DNA from: Candidatus Latescibacterota bacterium
GTDB taxonomy: Bacteria > Latescibacterota > UBA2968
Assembly: GCA_003526745.1 (NCBI GenBank)
Contig: DPVD01000106.1
Coordinates: forward strand, 3,664 to 60,745
Direction: 5' to 3'
DNA: 57,082 nt
The position numbers and the translations under genes were made by a program. How positions within the stretch are numbered: position 1 is the first letter of the stretch; the number at the start of each line of letters is the position of its first letter. The notes under the pieces were generated by a model. That model had not been told where the DNA came from. It did not search any database and was given only the letters and a program-made list of their open reading frames with translations. Below, in pieces: positions 6,683-16,631 of this stretch.

Positions 6683-9505
6683 CTACTTCTCCAGCTCCTT
6701 TCGCAGGTCCCGGATCGCCCGTTCCAACGATTGCATCTCACGGCCTGCCTGCGACCAGTTCCAAGACTGCAGAGCTTTTCGAACGTTTTCATAGTGCTTC
6801 TCGGCATCGACCGCAATCGATGCTGCAGACCTAGTTTCGCTAGGATCTGACACCGCCGCCACATCAGCATCTCCAGCCAGAGAACGGTCCCCCGATCCGA
6901 ACAGCTCGACCAGAGCCTCTTCGAACGTATCCCGCATAATAACCTGACCACCAAAGGCAACGATCACCTGTTTCAACTCTGGAATCGACGTGTTCCCTGA
7001 AGAAGGCCCCGGAGGACGTTGCTGTTGCTGACGTCGCTGGGTTGGCTCCTCTTCTTCCTCAGGACCACCGAACTGCTGCGGCTGCTCGACCTCCTGAGTC
7101 GCCTGGAGGTAGATCGGCTCGACATACAGGAACGAGCTCTCGATCGGGATCGCAAGCAGGTTCCCTCGAATCACTTCCGATCCACCTTGTCCCCACAGCG
7201 TCAACTGAGCTGAAATCTCTGGCTGCTGATCGATCCGAGCCTCCAACTGCATAGGGCCGAACACGAGCTTGTCTTTCGGCAGACTGTAAACGACAAGGTC
7301 TCCATATCCAGCTCCATCACAACGCGCCGCAAGCCAACCGATCATGTTATCCTTGTTCGCCGGTGTATACGGCACCATAAGCAGGAACTCTTCGCGTGTC
7401 TCCTCCGGCAGCTTCGTGATGATGTAATACGGCTCCATCCTCTGCGGCCGATCGCTATAGATCTCGTTCGGAATCTCCCAGAGATCCTCTTGATTGTAGA
7501 AGACATTCACGTCCTGCATGTGGTAGGTGCGATACATAAAGGCTTGAACACGGAACAGATCGATGGGATACCGAACGTGAGATCGAAGACCCTCTGGCAT
7601 CTCTGATATATCTGCAAGAAGACCGGGAAAGATATCGCCATACGCATTGATTAAAGGATCTTCTGCATCCGCCTGGTAAAACGTCACGTCACCGTGATAC
7701 GCGTCGACAACGACTTTCACCGAGTTGCGGATATAGTTAATCGCGCTTCGCCCGCCCGTTCGTGCCGAATACGGATACATATCCGTCGTTGTGTAAGCAT
7801 CGATGATCCAGAAGAGACGCCCCTCATGGATCACCATATACGGATCGTTGTCGAAGTGGAGGAACGGCGCGATCTTCCGCGCACGGTCGACAATCTGCCG
7901 ATGATACATCAGACGCGTTTCGCGCATGATGTAGTTACTCAGTAAGAGGTTTATATCCAGAAACTTTATCGTGAACGCGATCCTGTTGAAAAGACTTCCG
8001 ATTTCGACACCTCCATCACCTGCGTATGTCACCTGCTTGTTCGTATTCCCGCTTGGGTAGTCGAACTCCTCTGTTCCCGTCTTCACGGCCACCATCCCGT
8101 ACGTCATCTCACCGTAGTAGAGTTCGGGCCGATCGATTTCGAGATCTTTTTTGCCCTCCGGCGGAATGTCGCGGATGAAGAACTCGGGAAGGCCTTCGGG
8201 TGACACACGATTCACCGGACTCACCGCGACACCGTATCCGTGGGTATAATGCAGCTGCTCGTTCACCCAGGTTTTTGCCTGCTGTGGTAGACGTCGCGTA
8301 TCCATTTCTCGTGCTGACAGCATCACTTGCCGGTAAACACCGTCGACGACGTAGCGATCCACATCCACATCGTTGAACACGTAGTATGGTCGGATCTCTT
8401 GGACCTGCTGATACGTTTGCGCCATCGGACGCTCGTCCCAGATGCGGACGTTCCGGATGGTCAACGCGTTCTCTTCGATATCACTTCGAGTCAGCATCTC
8501 CTCGGCGGGGAATGGACGCTCCTCGATCCGGTCCAGCCCATACGCCTGCCGCGTAGCCTGAATGTTGTGCTCGATATAAGGTGTCTCGCGCGACAACTCT
8601 GTCGGATCCACAATCAGCTTCTGAACGATCGTCCCCGGAATAGCACCGACCACGATTGCGCCACCGACTAGTATCCCCAGGCCAATCAGCGGATACCGAG
8701 CTTCACGCCTGTTGATGTTCAGGAAAAACAGAACCGATGCGGCGATGAACAGGATGACGAGGAACCAGTATGCCCAGATCTGCACGTTTACATCGACGAA
8801 GTTGGCGCCGGTGAAGATTCGACCACGCGACGTGAGCAGTCCATAGACTTTCAGCCTATAGTTCCAAGCAACCAGCAGGAGGAATACGCCCCCGAGACCC
8901 GAGAAATGTGCCATCGGCCTCGGCATTAGCTGAATTCGTTCTTGGATCCGGATGCCGCCGCTCGCAAGGTATGTCAGCCCGCACACGATGGCCGAAACGA
9001 CAAGACCCCCGATAAGGAAGTTCACGAGGAACTGGTAGAACGGAAGCGAGAACACATAGAACCCGACATCGTTACCGAAGATCGGATCGACCGTCCCGAA
9101 CGACTGGGCGTGAAGATATCGCCAGACAACCGGCCACTGGCTCGCCCCAATGCTGCCCATCACGAAGATCAGGGCAGCAGCGGCGAACACGTAACCCCTG
9201 CGTGATCGTAGCAATCCCGCACCAGGTATCTGCCCATCTTCGAACGGCGAACCATCGACTTCAAGTGCAAACCGCGTGAACTTGCCGGCAAAGTACAAGT
9301 TAATCCCCACGATGACCGCGGCCAGAAAACCAAAGAACACACCCGAGGAAAATCGAGCCTGGACAGACTTCCAAAACACGCTGTCATACGCAACAGCCGT
9401 GAACCAGAGCCAGTCTGTGTAATACGAAACCAGCCACCCGATCGCGACCACCGCCCCAAACAGCACCAGCAAGATCCAGAGTCGATTTGGCTGCTCTTCT
9501 TCCAT
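6683..9505 (-). CDS. UPF0182 (COG1615) family large membrane protein
   Basis: 940 aa. N-terminal polytopic region with YYTDWLWFTAVAYDSVFW, typical of UPF0182. Large soluble C-terminal part with a Q/E/P-rich low-complexity stretch (QEVEQPQQFGGPEEEEEPTQRRQQQQRPPGP). Confidence 0.8.
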   Translation of the reverse strand: MEEEQPNRLWILLVLFGAVVAIGWLVSYYTDWLWFTAVAYDSVFWKSVQARFSSGVFFGFLAAVIVGINLYFAGKFTRFALEVDGSPFEDGQIPGAGLLRSRRGYVFAAAALIFVMGSIGASQWPVVWRYLHAQSFGTVDPIFGNDVGFYVFSLPFYQFLVNFLIGGLVVSAIVCGLTYLASGGIRIQERIQLMPRPMAHFSGLGGVFLLLVAWNYRLKVYGLLTSRGRIFTGANFVDVNVQIWAYWFLVILFIAASVLFFLNINRREARYPLIGLGILVGGAIVVGAIPGTIVQKLIVDPTELSRETPYIEHNIQATRQAYGLDRIEERPFPAEEMLTRSDIEENALTIRNVRIWDERPMAQTYQQVQEIRPYYVFNDVDVDRYVVDGVYRQVMLSAREMDTRRLPQQAKTWVNEQLHYTHGYGVAVSPVNRVSPEGLPEFFIRDIPPEGKKDLEIDRPELYYGEMTYGMVAVKTGTEEFDYPSGNTNKQVTYAGDGGVEIGSLFNRIAFTIKFLDINLLLSNYIMRETRLMYHRQIVDRARKIAPFLHFDNDPYMVIHEGRLFWIIDAYTTTDMYPYSARTGGRSAINYIRNSVKVVVDAYHGDVTFYQADAEDPLINAYGDIFPGLLADISEMPEGLRSHVRYPIDLFRVQAFMYRTYHMQDVNVFYNQEDLWEIPNEIYSDRPQRMEPYYIITKLPEETREEFLLMVPYTPANKDNMIGWLAARCDGAGYGDLVVYSLPKDKLVFGPMQLEARIDQQPEISAQLTLWGQGGSEVIRGNLLAIPIESSFLYVEPIYLQATQEVEQPQQFGGPEEEEEPTQRRQQQQRPPGPSSGNTSIPELKQVIVAFGGQVIMRDTFEEALVELFGSGDRSLAGDADVAAVSDPSETRSAASIAVDAEKHYENVRKALQSWNWSQAGREMQSLERAIRDLRKELEK

Positions 9506-9811
9506 GATTCTCTCCTAAAAACCTAGAAGTTATTGCTTTCAAATCACTTACGGCGAGCTTTCAAGTAAACACATTTCCCTACCCCTGTCACCGCAATTCG
9601 ACCGAATTCGGCCCTCAATTGGCCAGCTTGTCACTCGAACCTAAATTCCTGTCAGGCATCACGGTCTTCTACGCGGATATATGGGTGTCCTGCACGAACA
9701 GCCACGACATTCGGCGACTCGACCTGTCTCAGAAGCAAGTCAGCACCGTACAACTCTCGTGACCACTCCGATTCCGTTTGTGATTTAGCACCCGCCGGCT
9801 GTCATTCCTGT

Positions 9812-10261
9812 ATGGACTTTCATCCGCTCTTCGTGCACTTTCCAGTAGTCTGTATCATCCTAGCCGCACTGTTCGACTGGCTGGCGCTGTCGGGTCGGTG
9901 CAGCGGCTTACAATCAACAGGACTCGTCCTGATCGTCATCGGGGCCCTCACGGCGATTCCTGCCGCGTACACGGGCGAATCCGCGGCCGAGGCTGCACAG
10001 CTGATCCCCTCGATCAATGATGCACTCGAACGTCACGAAAACCTTTCCACATTCACCCTATGGTCCGCCCTGATCTTGGCAGTGGCACGGATCCATCTCA
10101 CCGCTCGTGATCTCTACACAGGCTCCCGGCGAATGATCCACACAGTGTTGGTGACAGGATGCGCGATCCTTGTAACGTGGACAGCCTACACAGGCGGGAT
10201 GCTCGTCTACGAGTATGGTGCCGGCACGAAGTCTGCCAAGCAGAGCGTAATGGAGCAGTAG
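9812..10261 (+). CDS. DUF2231-like small membrane protein
   Basis: 149 aa, four predicted TM helices. The N-terminus MDFHPLFVHFPVVCIILAALFDWLAL matches the HPxxVHFP start I associate with DUF2231. Confidence 0.6.
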   Translation: MDFHPLFVHFPVVCIILAALFDWLALSGRCSGLQSTGLVLIVIGALTAIPAAYTGESAAEAAQLIPSINDALERHENLSTFTLWSALILAVARIHLTARDLYTGSRRMIHTVLVTGCAILVTWTAYTGGMLVYEYGAGTKSAKQSVMEQ

Positions 10262-10263
10262 AA

Positions 10264-10989
10264 ATGGCCTCTTCGCTTCGGTTGCGTAACCCTCACAGCG
10301 TGCTCGCCGTCATCGATCGGCGACCACAGGACGTCTACGAGATCGTCGCTTCCGACCAGGACCTCTCGAACACCTGGAAGGACGTTCAAGTGAGAGCAGA
10401 GTCGATGGGGATCCCGGTCAGCGCTCAAGGAAAACCATCACCTAAGCCTGGTGGCAAACAGCGGCGACACGCCGGAGCCGAGGCGGTTGTCAGAGAGCGG
10501 GCTTCCGAGTCGCTAGACACACTTATATCGACAGCGGGTGAGAAGAGTATCTGGGTGGGACTCGACACCGTCCAGGACCCGCACAACGTTGGCTCGATTT
10601 TCAGGTCCTCGGCCTTCTTCGGCGTCTCCGGGCTGATCACCACACAGGACCGAAATGCACCCATCTCTTACACCGTATACGATGTCGCATCCGGAGGTGT
10701 CGAATACGTTCCCTTCGTCGTCGAAACTAACCTTTCTCGCTCCCTCGATCGCATCAAGGAAGCCGGTATCTGGGTGCTCGGCACGTCCGAGCATGCAGAC
10801 AAACCGCTCTACGAGATCGAGCGCGACCGTCCATGGCTCGTCCTGTTCGGAAACGAGGAAAACGGGCTACGTCGCCTGACCACCGAAAAATGCGACGAGC
10901 TCGTATTCATCCCCCGTGCCGGACAAGTCGGATCCCTCAACGTCTCCGTCGCCGCCGGCATCACCCTCAGCCACCTCACCTCTCACTGA
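10264..10989 (+). CDS. TrmH/SpoU family RNA 2'-O-methyltransferase (RlmB-like)
   Basis: ORF 10159..10989; start ATG 10264, 3 nt after the upstream stop. SPOUT motifs DTVQDPHNVGSIFRSSAFFG, LVLFGNEENGL and GSLNVSVAAGITL. Confidence 0.85.
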   Translation: MASSLRLRNPHSVLAVIDRRPQDVYEIVASDQDLSNTWKDVQVRAESMGIPVSAQGKPSPKPGGKQRRHAGAEAVVRERASESLDTLISTAGEKSIWVGLDTVQDPHNVGSIFRSSAFFGVSGLITTQDRNAPISYTVYDVASGGVEYVPFVVETNLSRSLDRIKEAGIWVLGTSEHADKPLYEIERDRPWLVLFGNEENGLRRLTTEKCDELVFIPRAGQVGSLNVSVAAGITLSHLTSH

Positions 10990-11189
10990 CCTCCGTTTGA
11001 TTCCTCCCAACATTGGCGATATCTTGCATGTTCACACATACGTCACTGGTCCGGGTGTACGCCCACTGTGGGGTTTTAGAGTATCCATATCTGCTCCAAG
11101 TGTTGCGCATACTCCTAAATCTGGTGGCGTTCATCCCATCTGTGTCCACCCAGCGAAGCGGGGGGCGCCTCTGACTTTCAGGAAGAAAC

Positions 11190-11813
11190 TTGAACCCCGA
11201 AGACCGCGTAGACCGTCTCAAGCGGACCCAACCTCGTCGTCAGCCTGATGAAGACCCCGAGGGCCGCATCCCACCTGGCCAATACCTGACGAAGAAGTTC
11301 CCGGTCCTTACAAAGGGCCCGACACCAACCGTCGATCTCGATCGCTGGCGACTCCGACTCTTCGGCAATGTCACAGAGGAAGTAGTGTTTTCATGGGAGG
11401 AGTTCTCGGAACTCCCTCGGGTGACAATCACCACCGACTTCCACTGCGTAACTCGCTGGAGCCTACTCGACTGCACATGGGAGGGGGTCCACATCCGCGA
11501 CGTGGTCGCCCGGGTTGAAGTCCTGTCATCCACGAGATACGTAATGGTCCACGGTTACGGCCAGTACACAACAAACCTCCCTGTGGCAGACCTGATCGAT
11601 GAGGATGTCCTCTTCGCGCACTCCTGGAACGGAGAACCCCTCTCGAAGAATCATGGAGGCCCTATTCGCCTCGTAGTCCCCAAGCTCTACGCATGGAAGA
11701 GCACGAAATGGGTTAACGGCCTTGAGTTCCTTACACACAATCAGCGCGGCTACTGGGAGCAAGCTGGCTACCACGATCGCGGCGACCCCTGGAAAGAAGA
11801 ACGCTTCTCCTGA
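11190..11813 (+). CDS. sulfite-oxidase-like molybdopterin-binding oxidoreductase (small, single-domain)
   Basis: 207 aa, TTG start preceded by AGGAAG. IPPGQYLTKKFPVL...TTDFHCVTRWSLLDCTWEGV...HGGPIRLVVPKLYAWKSTKWV match the oxidoreductase molybdopterin-binding domain. No obvious signal peptide. Confidence 0.75.
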   Translation: MNPEDRVDRLKRTQPRRQPDEDPEGRIPPGQYLTKKFPVLTKGPTPTVDLDRWRLRLFGNVTEEVVFSWEEFSELPRVTITTDFHCVTRWSLLDCTWEGVHIRDVVARVEVLSSTRYVMVHGYGQYTTNLPVADLIDEDVLFAHSWNGEPLSKNHGGPIRLVVPKLYAWKSTKWVNGLEFLTHNQRGYWEQAGYHDRGDPWKEERFS

Positions 11814-11912
11814 GACGAATATGACGTCACATCCGTCCCATCTCAATCTCCTTGCGGTGCAAGGTTACCCTCTGATCCCTCCGTGTTCTTCTATGTTCAT
11901 CTGTAACCGCAT

Positions 11913-13727
11913 GTGCCGTTCCGTGGAGGCCGATTGAGCGTCTTCATACGACTCCTTCAGTACGCCCTTCCATATCGCGCGCGGATCGCAGTCGGCATTC
12001 TCTGCACGGTAGCCACGATCGGTATCGAAGCCATCCAACCGCTAGTCATGCGCGAGATCATCGACGAGGTCTTGACCGAGTATGTGTCCGGTGGCAAATA
12101 TATCGGTCACACATTCGCGCCCGAACGTGTCGACCAAGATATCCAGCTTCTCCTCACCTTCGCGCTCGCACTATTCGCTCTATATGTCCTTCGCGGACTG
12201 CTCAACGTTCTGAATCGCTTCCTCCTGCAAAAAACAGGACAGGACATCCTGCTGTCGCTGCGCACCGAGGTCTACAACCACCTGCAACATCTATCGCTTC
12301 GGTTCTTCAACAGCCGAAGTACAGGCGAGTTGATGTCACGTGTCACTGGAGACGTCGAATCACTTCAGAACACGATCACGGATACGGTCGAACGGATCAT
12401 CGTCAACAGCCTCACAATCCTCATCTATGGGGTTGTTCTGTTCGCATTGAACTGGAAACTAGCTATCGTCACGCTGGCGCCATTACCGATCTATAGCCTC
12501 CTGATCGCGCTCTACAATCGGAAGATTCGTCCACTTTACACAGTCGCTCGTGAACGGATCGCTGAGATCAGCGCGACGCTTCAAGACAACCTCTCGGGGA
12601 TCCGCGTCATTCAATGCTTTGCCCACGAGGATCACGAACTGTCGCGATTCAGCGAGCGATGCCTCGAGTTCTGGAAGATCAGCCTACGGATCATCAAGAT
12701 CCGGGCGTCTGTCTTTCCCTTTGCCAGACTCGTCATCACCATCGGCCCTTTGATGATCCTCCTCTTTGGCGGATACCAAATAATTCTCGGGATGCTCAGC
12801 ATCGGAACCCTCTTCGCCTTTCAGAACTTCCTCTGGCGCTTCTACGGACCAGTTGAGAGCCTAACTCGAATCAACGACACCATCGTCAGAGCCTCAGCCT
12901 CCGCACAGCGCATCTTCGAGATACTCGACACAAAAGCGGACATCTCCGACCTACCCAACGCGACTTCGATGGGACGCATCGAAGGCAGAATCGAGTTGAA
13001 GAACGTTCGATTCGCCTACGACGAGAACGTCGATGTATTGAGTGATGTCAACCTGACCGCTAAACCAGGACAGTTGATCGGACTGGTGGGCCCAAGCGGG
13101 GCGGGAAAGACCACCATCATCAACCTGATATGCCGATTCTACGATCCTGATGCGGGAAGAGTTCAGGTCGACGGACACGATCTTCGCGACATCGAGCTGA
13201 GATCGCTCCGAAGCCAGATCGGTATGGTCTTACAGGATCCTTTCCTGTTCAATGGCACCATCAGAGAAAACATCGCCTATGGAAAACTGGATGCCACGGA
13301 GGACGACATCATCTCAGCCGCCATTCAGGCAAACGCACACGACTTTGTATGCGGCTTCCCCGACGCCTACGACTCTCGCATCGGCGAAAGAGGCGTGCGC
13401 CTGTCGGGGGGAGAGAAACAGCGCATCGCGATTGCCAGGGCCATCCTGGGCGATCCCAGAATCCTGATCCTGGACGAAGCCACGTCATCGGTCGACACAG
13501 AGACCGAAGTTCAGATCCAGAAAGCGCTTGAGACACTCGTTCAGGGCCGCACTACGGTCGCAATCGCACACCGACTGTCGACCGTCAGAAAGGCCGACTG
13601 TCTCTTCGTAATAGATGACGGCCACCTTATCGAATCGGGAACCCACTCAGAGCTCTTGGCGATGGGTGGACTCTACGCTCGGTTGTGTGACCTTCAGTTT
13701 GCGCTTCAGGATAGCGACCTTACATAG
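11913..13727 (+). CDS. ABC exporter, fused permease/ATPase (MsbA/type I exporter-like)
   Basis: 604 aa, GTG start. N-terminal 6-TM domain. Walker A GPSGAGKTT, signature LSGGEKQRIAIARA, Walker B ILILDEATS. Confidence 0.9.
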   Translation: MPFRGGRLSVFIRLLQYALPYRARIAVGILCTVATIGIEAIQPLVMREIIDEVLTEYVSGGKYIGHTFAPERVDQDIQLLLTFALALFALYVLRGLLNVLNRFLLQKTGQDILLSLRTEVYNHLQHLSLRFFNSRSTGELMSRVTGDVESLQNTITDTVERIIVNSLTILIYGVVLFALNWKLAIVTLAPLPIYSLLIALYNRKIRPLYTVARERIAEISATLQDNLSGIRVIQCFAHEDHELSRFSERCLEFWKISLRIIKIRASVFPFARLVITIGPLMILLFGGYQIILGMLSIGTLFAFQNFLWRFYGPVESLTRINDTIVRASASAQRIFEILDTKADISDLPNATSMGRIEGRIELKNVRFAYDENVDVLSDVNLTAKPGQLIGLVGPSGAGKTTIINLICRFYDPDAGRVQVDGHDLRDIELRSLRSQIGMVLQDPFLFNGTIRENIAYGKLDATEDDIISAAIQANAHDFVCGFPDAYDSRIGERGVRLSGGEKQRIAIARAILGDPRILILDEATSSVDTETEVQIQKALETLVQGRTTVAIAHRLSTVRKADCLFVIDDGHLIESGTHSELLAMGGLYARLCDLQFALQDSDLT

Positions 13728-13735
13728 GACAGACT

Positions 13736-14242
13736 ATGAACAAGACCGAAGCAAGAGGTCGAGTCGAGAGCCACGGAGAAGATCTTTGGTGGGTGACAGA
13801 GAGTTCGGAAAGGATCGGGAACATCGTCCGATGCTTTCCGGAATCCGCGCCTGACACATGGGTCAGTATCAGGTCGGATCAGGATGTCGAGCTTGTATTG
13901 GTTAGGCGTATTGCGGATCTGGACGAAACCTCAAGGAAGACAGTCGAGCCAGTCTTACGCGAGAAGTATCTTATTCCTGTGATCACACAGATTCTGTCGA
14001 TCGAAGGCTCCTCAGCAGGCAAGATGATTCGCGTCCAGACGACCGAAGTATCCGACACACTCGACGTAAACAGCGAAACTGACGTAGACTTCCGAGCCTA
14101 TCCAAGAATCCTCTTCAACGACCGCACAAAGCGCCGCAAGTACGTGATCGAAGACGCGGATGCCCTTGGCAAAACCAGCCAAGATCTGATCCGCCGCCAC
14201 CTCCGTCGATCGCGGGGCCGCCGCGGCAGAGGATTCCGGTAA
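13736..14242 (+). CDS. DUF1854 family protein (ABC-exporter-associated)
   Basis: 168 aa, 8 nt after the ABC exporter. RCFPESAPDTWVSIRS...ADLDETSRKTVEPVLREKYLIPVITQILSIE...KYVIEDADALGKTSQDLIRRHL fits the DUF1854 pattern, which normally follows this type of ABC gene. Confidence 0.65.
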   Translation: MNKTEARGRVESHGEDLWWVTESSERIGNIVRCFPESAPDTWVSIRSDQDVELVLVRRIADLDETSRKTVEPVLREKYLIPVITQILSIEGSSAGKMIRVQTTEVSDTLDVNSETDVDFRAYPRILFNDRTKRRKYVIEDADALGKTSQDLIRRHLRRSRGRRGRGFR

Positions 14243-14302
14243 ACAAAAGAGCCCGCTCCCCAATGGAAGACGGCCCAATTCCAAATCTTCGATTCTCGGT
14301 TT

Positions 14303-15802
14303 CTATCGCAATGGTCTTCGCATCGTGCCCGGAGCCTGTGCTGACTCGGATGCGCCCTTGATCTCCTCGACAAACGTCTCAACATCATCGTCATACGTAT
14401 CGAATGGGTCCCTGAAGCTCAGGTGATGCTCATTCTCCAAGTAAACGGAATCCCAATCGACGATGTATCTCAGGCGCTTCTCGGCCAGCACTTTTACGAG
14501 CGCGGATCGTCCCTTCGCTCGTGTATCCTGTGGAGGCTCCAAGTTCGCGCGATCGACTTCGTCATCCTTGATCACGCGTTGAATCCCGCCTTTCCGGTCT
14601 AGATCGTGATACAACCCTCTTTCCGGATTGATGTTATGATACTCCAAATCCAGACTCTGCAGCCAAGGATCTGACCAGTCCAATTTCTCTTCCTCGCGAA
14701 ATATGTCTAGCAGCCACTTCTTCGTGACCCAGTCGATCCGGTCCACACACTTCATAGGATCACTCTCTAGGTCATCAAGTATTCGCTCCCACTCGGTCAG
14801 AACCCAATCCGATTCGTCGTCGAGATCGGTCAGGTGCTTCTTGGCCAACTCCAGATAAGACCTCTGAATATCGATCGCCGAGATTGTCCTCCCACCCTTC
14901 CGCTCAAGGATCCACCTGTGCGTCGGATCACGTGAGACCTCCTTCAGTGCCCAAACGGGATCACCAAGACTAACGTCTTTCGGAAAAACCTTTCGCTCCA
15001 GCAGATTCAGAACCATCGCTGTTGTGCCGACTTTCAGTGCGTTCGCATACTCAGACATGTTCGAGTCGCCCAAGAGCAAGTGAAGTCGTCTGAACTTGCT
15101 GTGATCGGCCAGAGGCTCGTCTCGCGTGTTGATGATCGCGCGCGAGAACTGAATCCACTGATAGATCTCCGTCACAATATGGTCTGCGCGCTGTGAGATC
15201 TGGTATCCAACCGAATCCCCACGATGCGCGTCCTCCTGCTCGTCGCGCCCGTAGTAGTAGAAGCTGTCGTCGTAGCTTCCGACACGGCCAGCTCCGCTGA
15301 AGATCTGTCGTGTAACTAGGAACGGAAGTAGTGAAGGAATCACGACCGTAGAAAAAGGAACGTTCCTCCGAACGAGGTAGTTCTCGTGACATCCGAAGGT
15401 AGCACCCGTGAAGTGATCAACATTGTTCTTCAGGAACGCAGCTTCCTTCTCCAGACCGAGCGAATTCAGCGCCCGCTGCAGGATCCGTTCACCGGCACGG
15501 TCGTAAGCCACCACATCGAACAGCCCCATGCATTCGGGAGTCGCGTATTCGATGTGTCCCATGTCTATGTAGACACGGCCTGAGTTGAACAGGAACCCTC
15601 CGTTACCGGGGGGTTCATCGCGACCTCGATAGTGGATATCGACGATCCCGATCCGTTCCGAGTGGAAAATGTGGTCTTTGACCTTGACCGATATGGCATC
15701 CGGGCTAACGAAGCCCTCACGTTCGGGAGCCATACACCCGTATTCGGTCTCGAGGCCAAAAATGCGGCCAATCACATTGAACACCAAAAATGCCAGACCC
15801 AA
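14303..15802 (-). CDS. pafA: Pup/UBact ligase PafA homologue (carboxylate-amine ligase fold)
   Basis: 499 aa from TTG 15802; GTG 15775 (giving MIGRIFGLETEYG) is an alternative start. IFGLETEYG, NSGRVYIDMGHIEYATPEC and RLHLLLGDSNMSEYA are the Pup-ligase family motifs. It lacks the roughly 30-aa insertion seen in the paralogue at 17668..19215. Lies directly downstream of prcA. Confidence 0.85.
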   Translation of the reverse strand: MGLAFLVFNVIGRIFGLETEYGCMAPEREGFVSPDAISVKVKDHIFHSERIGIVDIHYRGRDEPPGNGGFLFNSGRVYIDMGHIEYATPECMGLFDVVAYDRAGERILQRALNSLGLEKEAAFLKNNVDHFTGATFGCHENYLVRRNVPFSTVVIPSLLPFLVTRQIFSGAGRVGSYDDSFYYYGRDEQEDAHRGDSVGYQISQRADHIVTEIYQWIQFSRAIINTRDEPLADHSKFRRLHLLLGDSNMSEYANALKVGTTAMVLNLLERKVFPKDVSLGDPVWALKEVSRDPTHRWILERKGGRTISAIDIQRSYLELAKKHLTDLDDESDWVLTEWERILDDLESDPMKCVDRIDWVTKKWLLDIFREEEKLDWSDPWLQSLDLEYHNINPERGLYHDLDRKGGIQRVIKDDEVDRANLEPPQDTRAKGRSALVKVLAEKRLRYIVDWDSVYLENEHHLSFRDPFDTYDDDVETFVEEIKGASESAQAPGTMRRPLR

Positions 15803-15839
15803 CTGGGCCCGGCATAGAGAGCGATCTGAAGGGGAAACA

Positions 15840-16616
15840 TCAGCCTATCAGCGCATCGATGGCGGCTTGAGTCTCCTCGGTCGGTAGTGTGCGATACTTC
15901 GACTTTGCGTTGCTGTTCCGGTCGAGAACGATAGCCTCGACTTCGAGGTCATCCTCCATAGCTTCTTTAAGGATACGCGTTATTTCTCCTGAAGGGACAC
16001 CATTATCTTCAATAGCCGACTCCTTCTGAAGACCGACATATCGGCCAGCTGCCCACCCTCGAAGAGCGGCTGAAAGGCTCGCCGGAAGGCCGGATTGCAC
16101 ACTATGGTCGCTCTTCAGCATCTGCTGCATCGTTCGATCGGCCTCCAGCGACCCGCCGATAGCTGCGTACGATTCGTGTGTCGCGAAGGACCCGTCGTAG
16201 TCAACGGTATAGAACAGTGATCCTTCGCATCCGTCGAGTTCCGCCAGCAGAATCCGCGCAATATAAGGGGACCGTATTATATCATCAAAGGACGCCTTCA
16301 CGGCAGGCCCGAGCCCAAAGTGTACGATCTGTTGAAGGGTCACGTCGGAATCCGAGTAGTTGAACCCGACGACGCTCGCCAGATCGACTGCAGCCTGTCT
16401 GAGTTTCTCGATATCCGTCGGGTGTCCGACCGATCCCATTGCGATCCGGTCATACGTCTCATACAGCTTTTTCTGACCGCGGCCCATCGTCACGAGCAGC
16501 AGACCCTCCCCATACTCAAGACCGACCACCGGACTCCCCCCTCGGAGCTGATCCTCAATGTAGTCACGTCGGTTCGAGACGGCTTCTGCAAAGCGATAAG
16601 GTTCGTCAAGCATCAT
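15840..16616 (-). CDS. prcA: bacterial 20S proteasome alpha subunit
   Basis: 258 aa. Ntn-hydrolase fold without an N-terminal Thr. GSPVVGLEYGEGLLLVT...LYETYDRIAMGSVGHPTDIEKLRQAAV parallels actinobacterial PrcA. A 15-nt spacer containing GAGG follows the prcB stop. Confidence 0.9.
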   Translation of the reverse strand: MMLDEPYRFAEAVSNRRDYIEDQLRGGSPVVGLEYGEGLLLVTMGRGQKKLYETYDRIAMGSVGHPTDIEKLRQAAVDLASVVGFNYSDSDVTLQQIVHFGLGPAVKASFDDIIRSPYIARILLAELDGCEGSLFYTVDYDGSFATHESYAAIGGSLEADRTMQQMLKSDHSVQSGLPASLSAALRGWAAGRYVGLQKESAIEDNGVPSGEITRILKEAMEDDLEVEAIVLDRNSNAKSKYRTLPTEETQAAIDALIG

Positions 16617-16631
16617 ACGAGAACGGCCTCG

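Noticed and set aside
9598-9615. 10-bp perfect palindrome CCGAATTCGG in the divergent UPF0182 / DUF2231 promoter region
   Set aside because: It is short, and a palindrome of this size can arise by chance in 57 kb. There is no second copy or half-site array to suggest an operator.
10990-11189. Possible Moco riboswitch ahead of the molybdopterin oxidoreductase gene
   Set aside because: Only a CCTCCG fragment is present. I could not trace the conserved Moco-motif helices.
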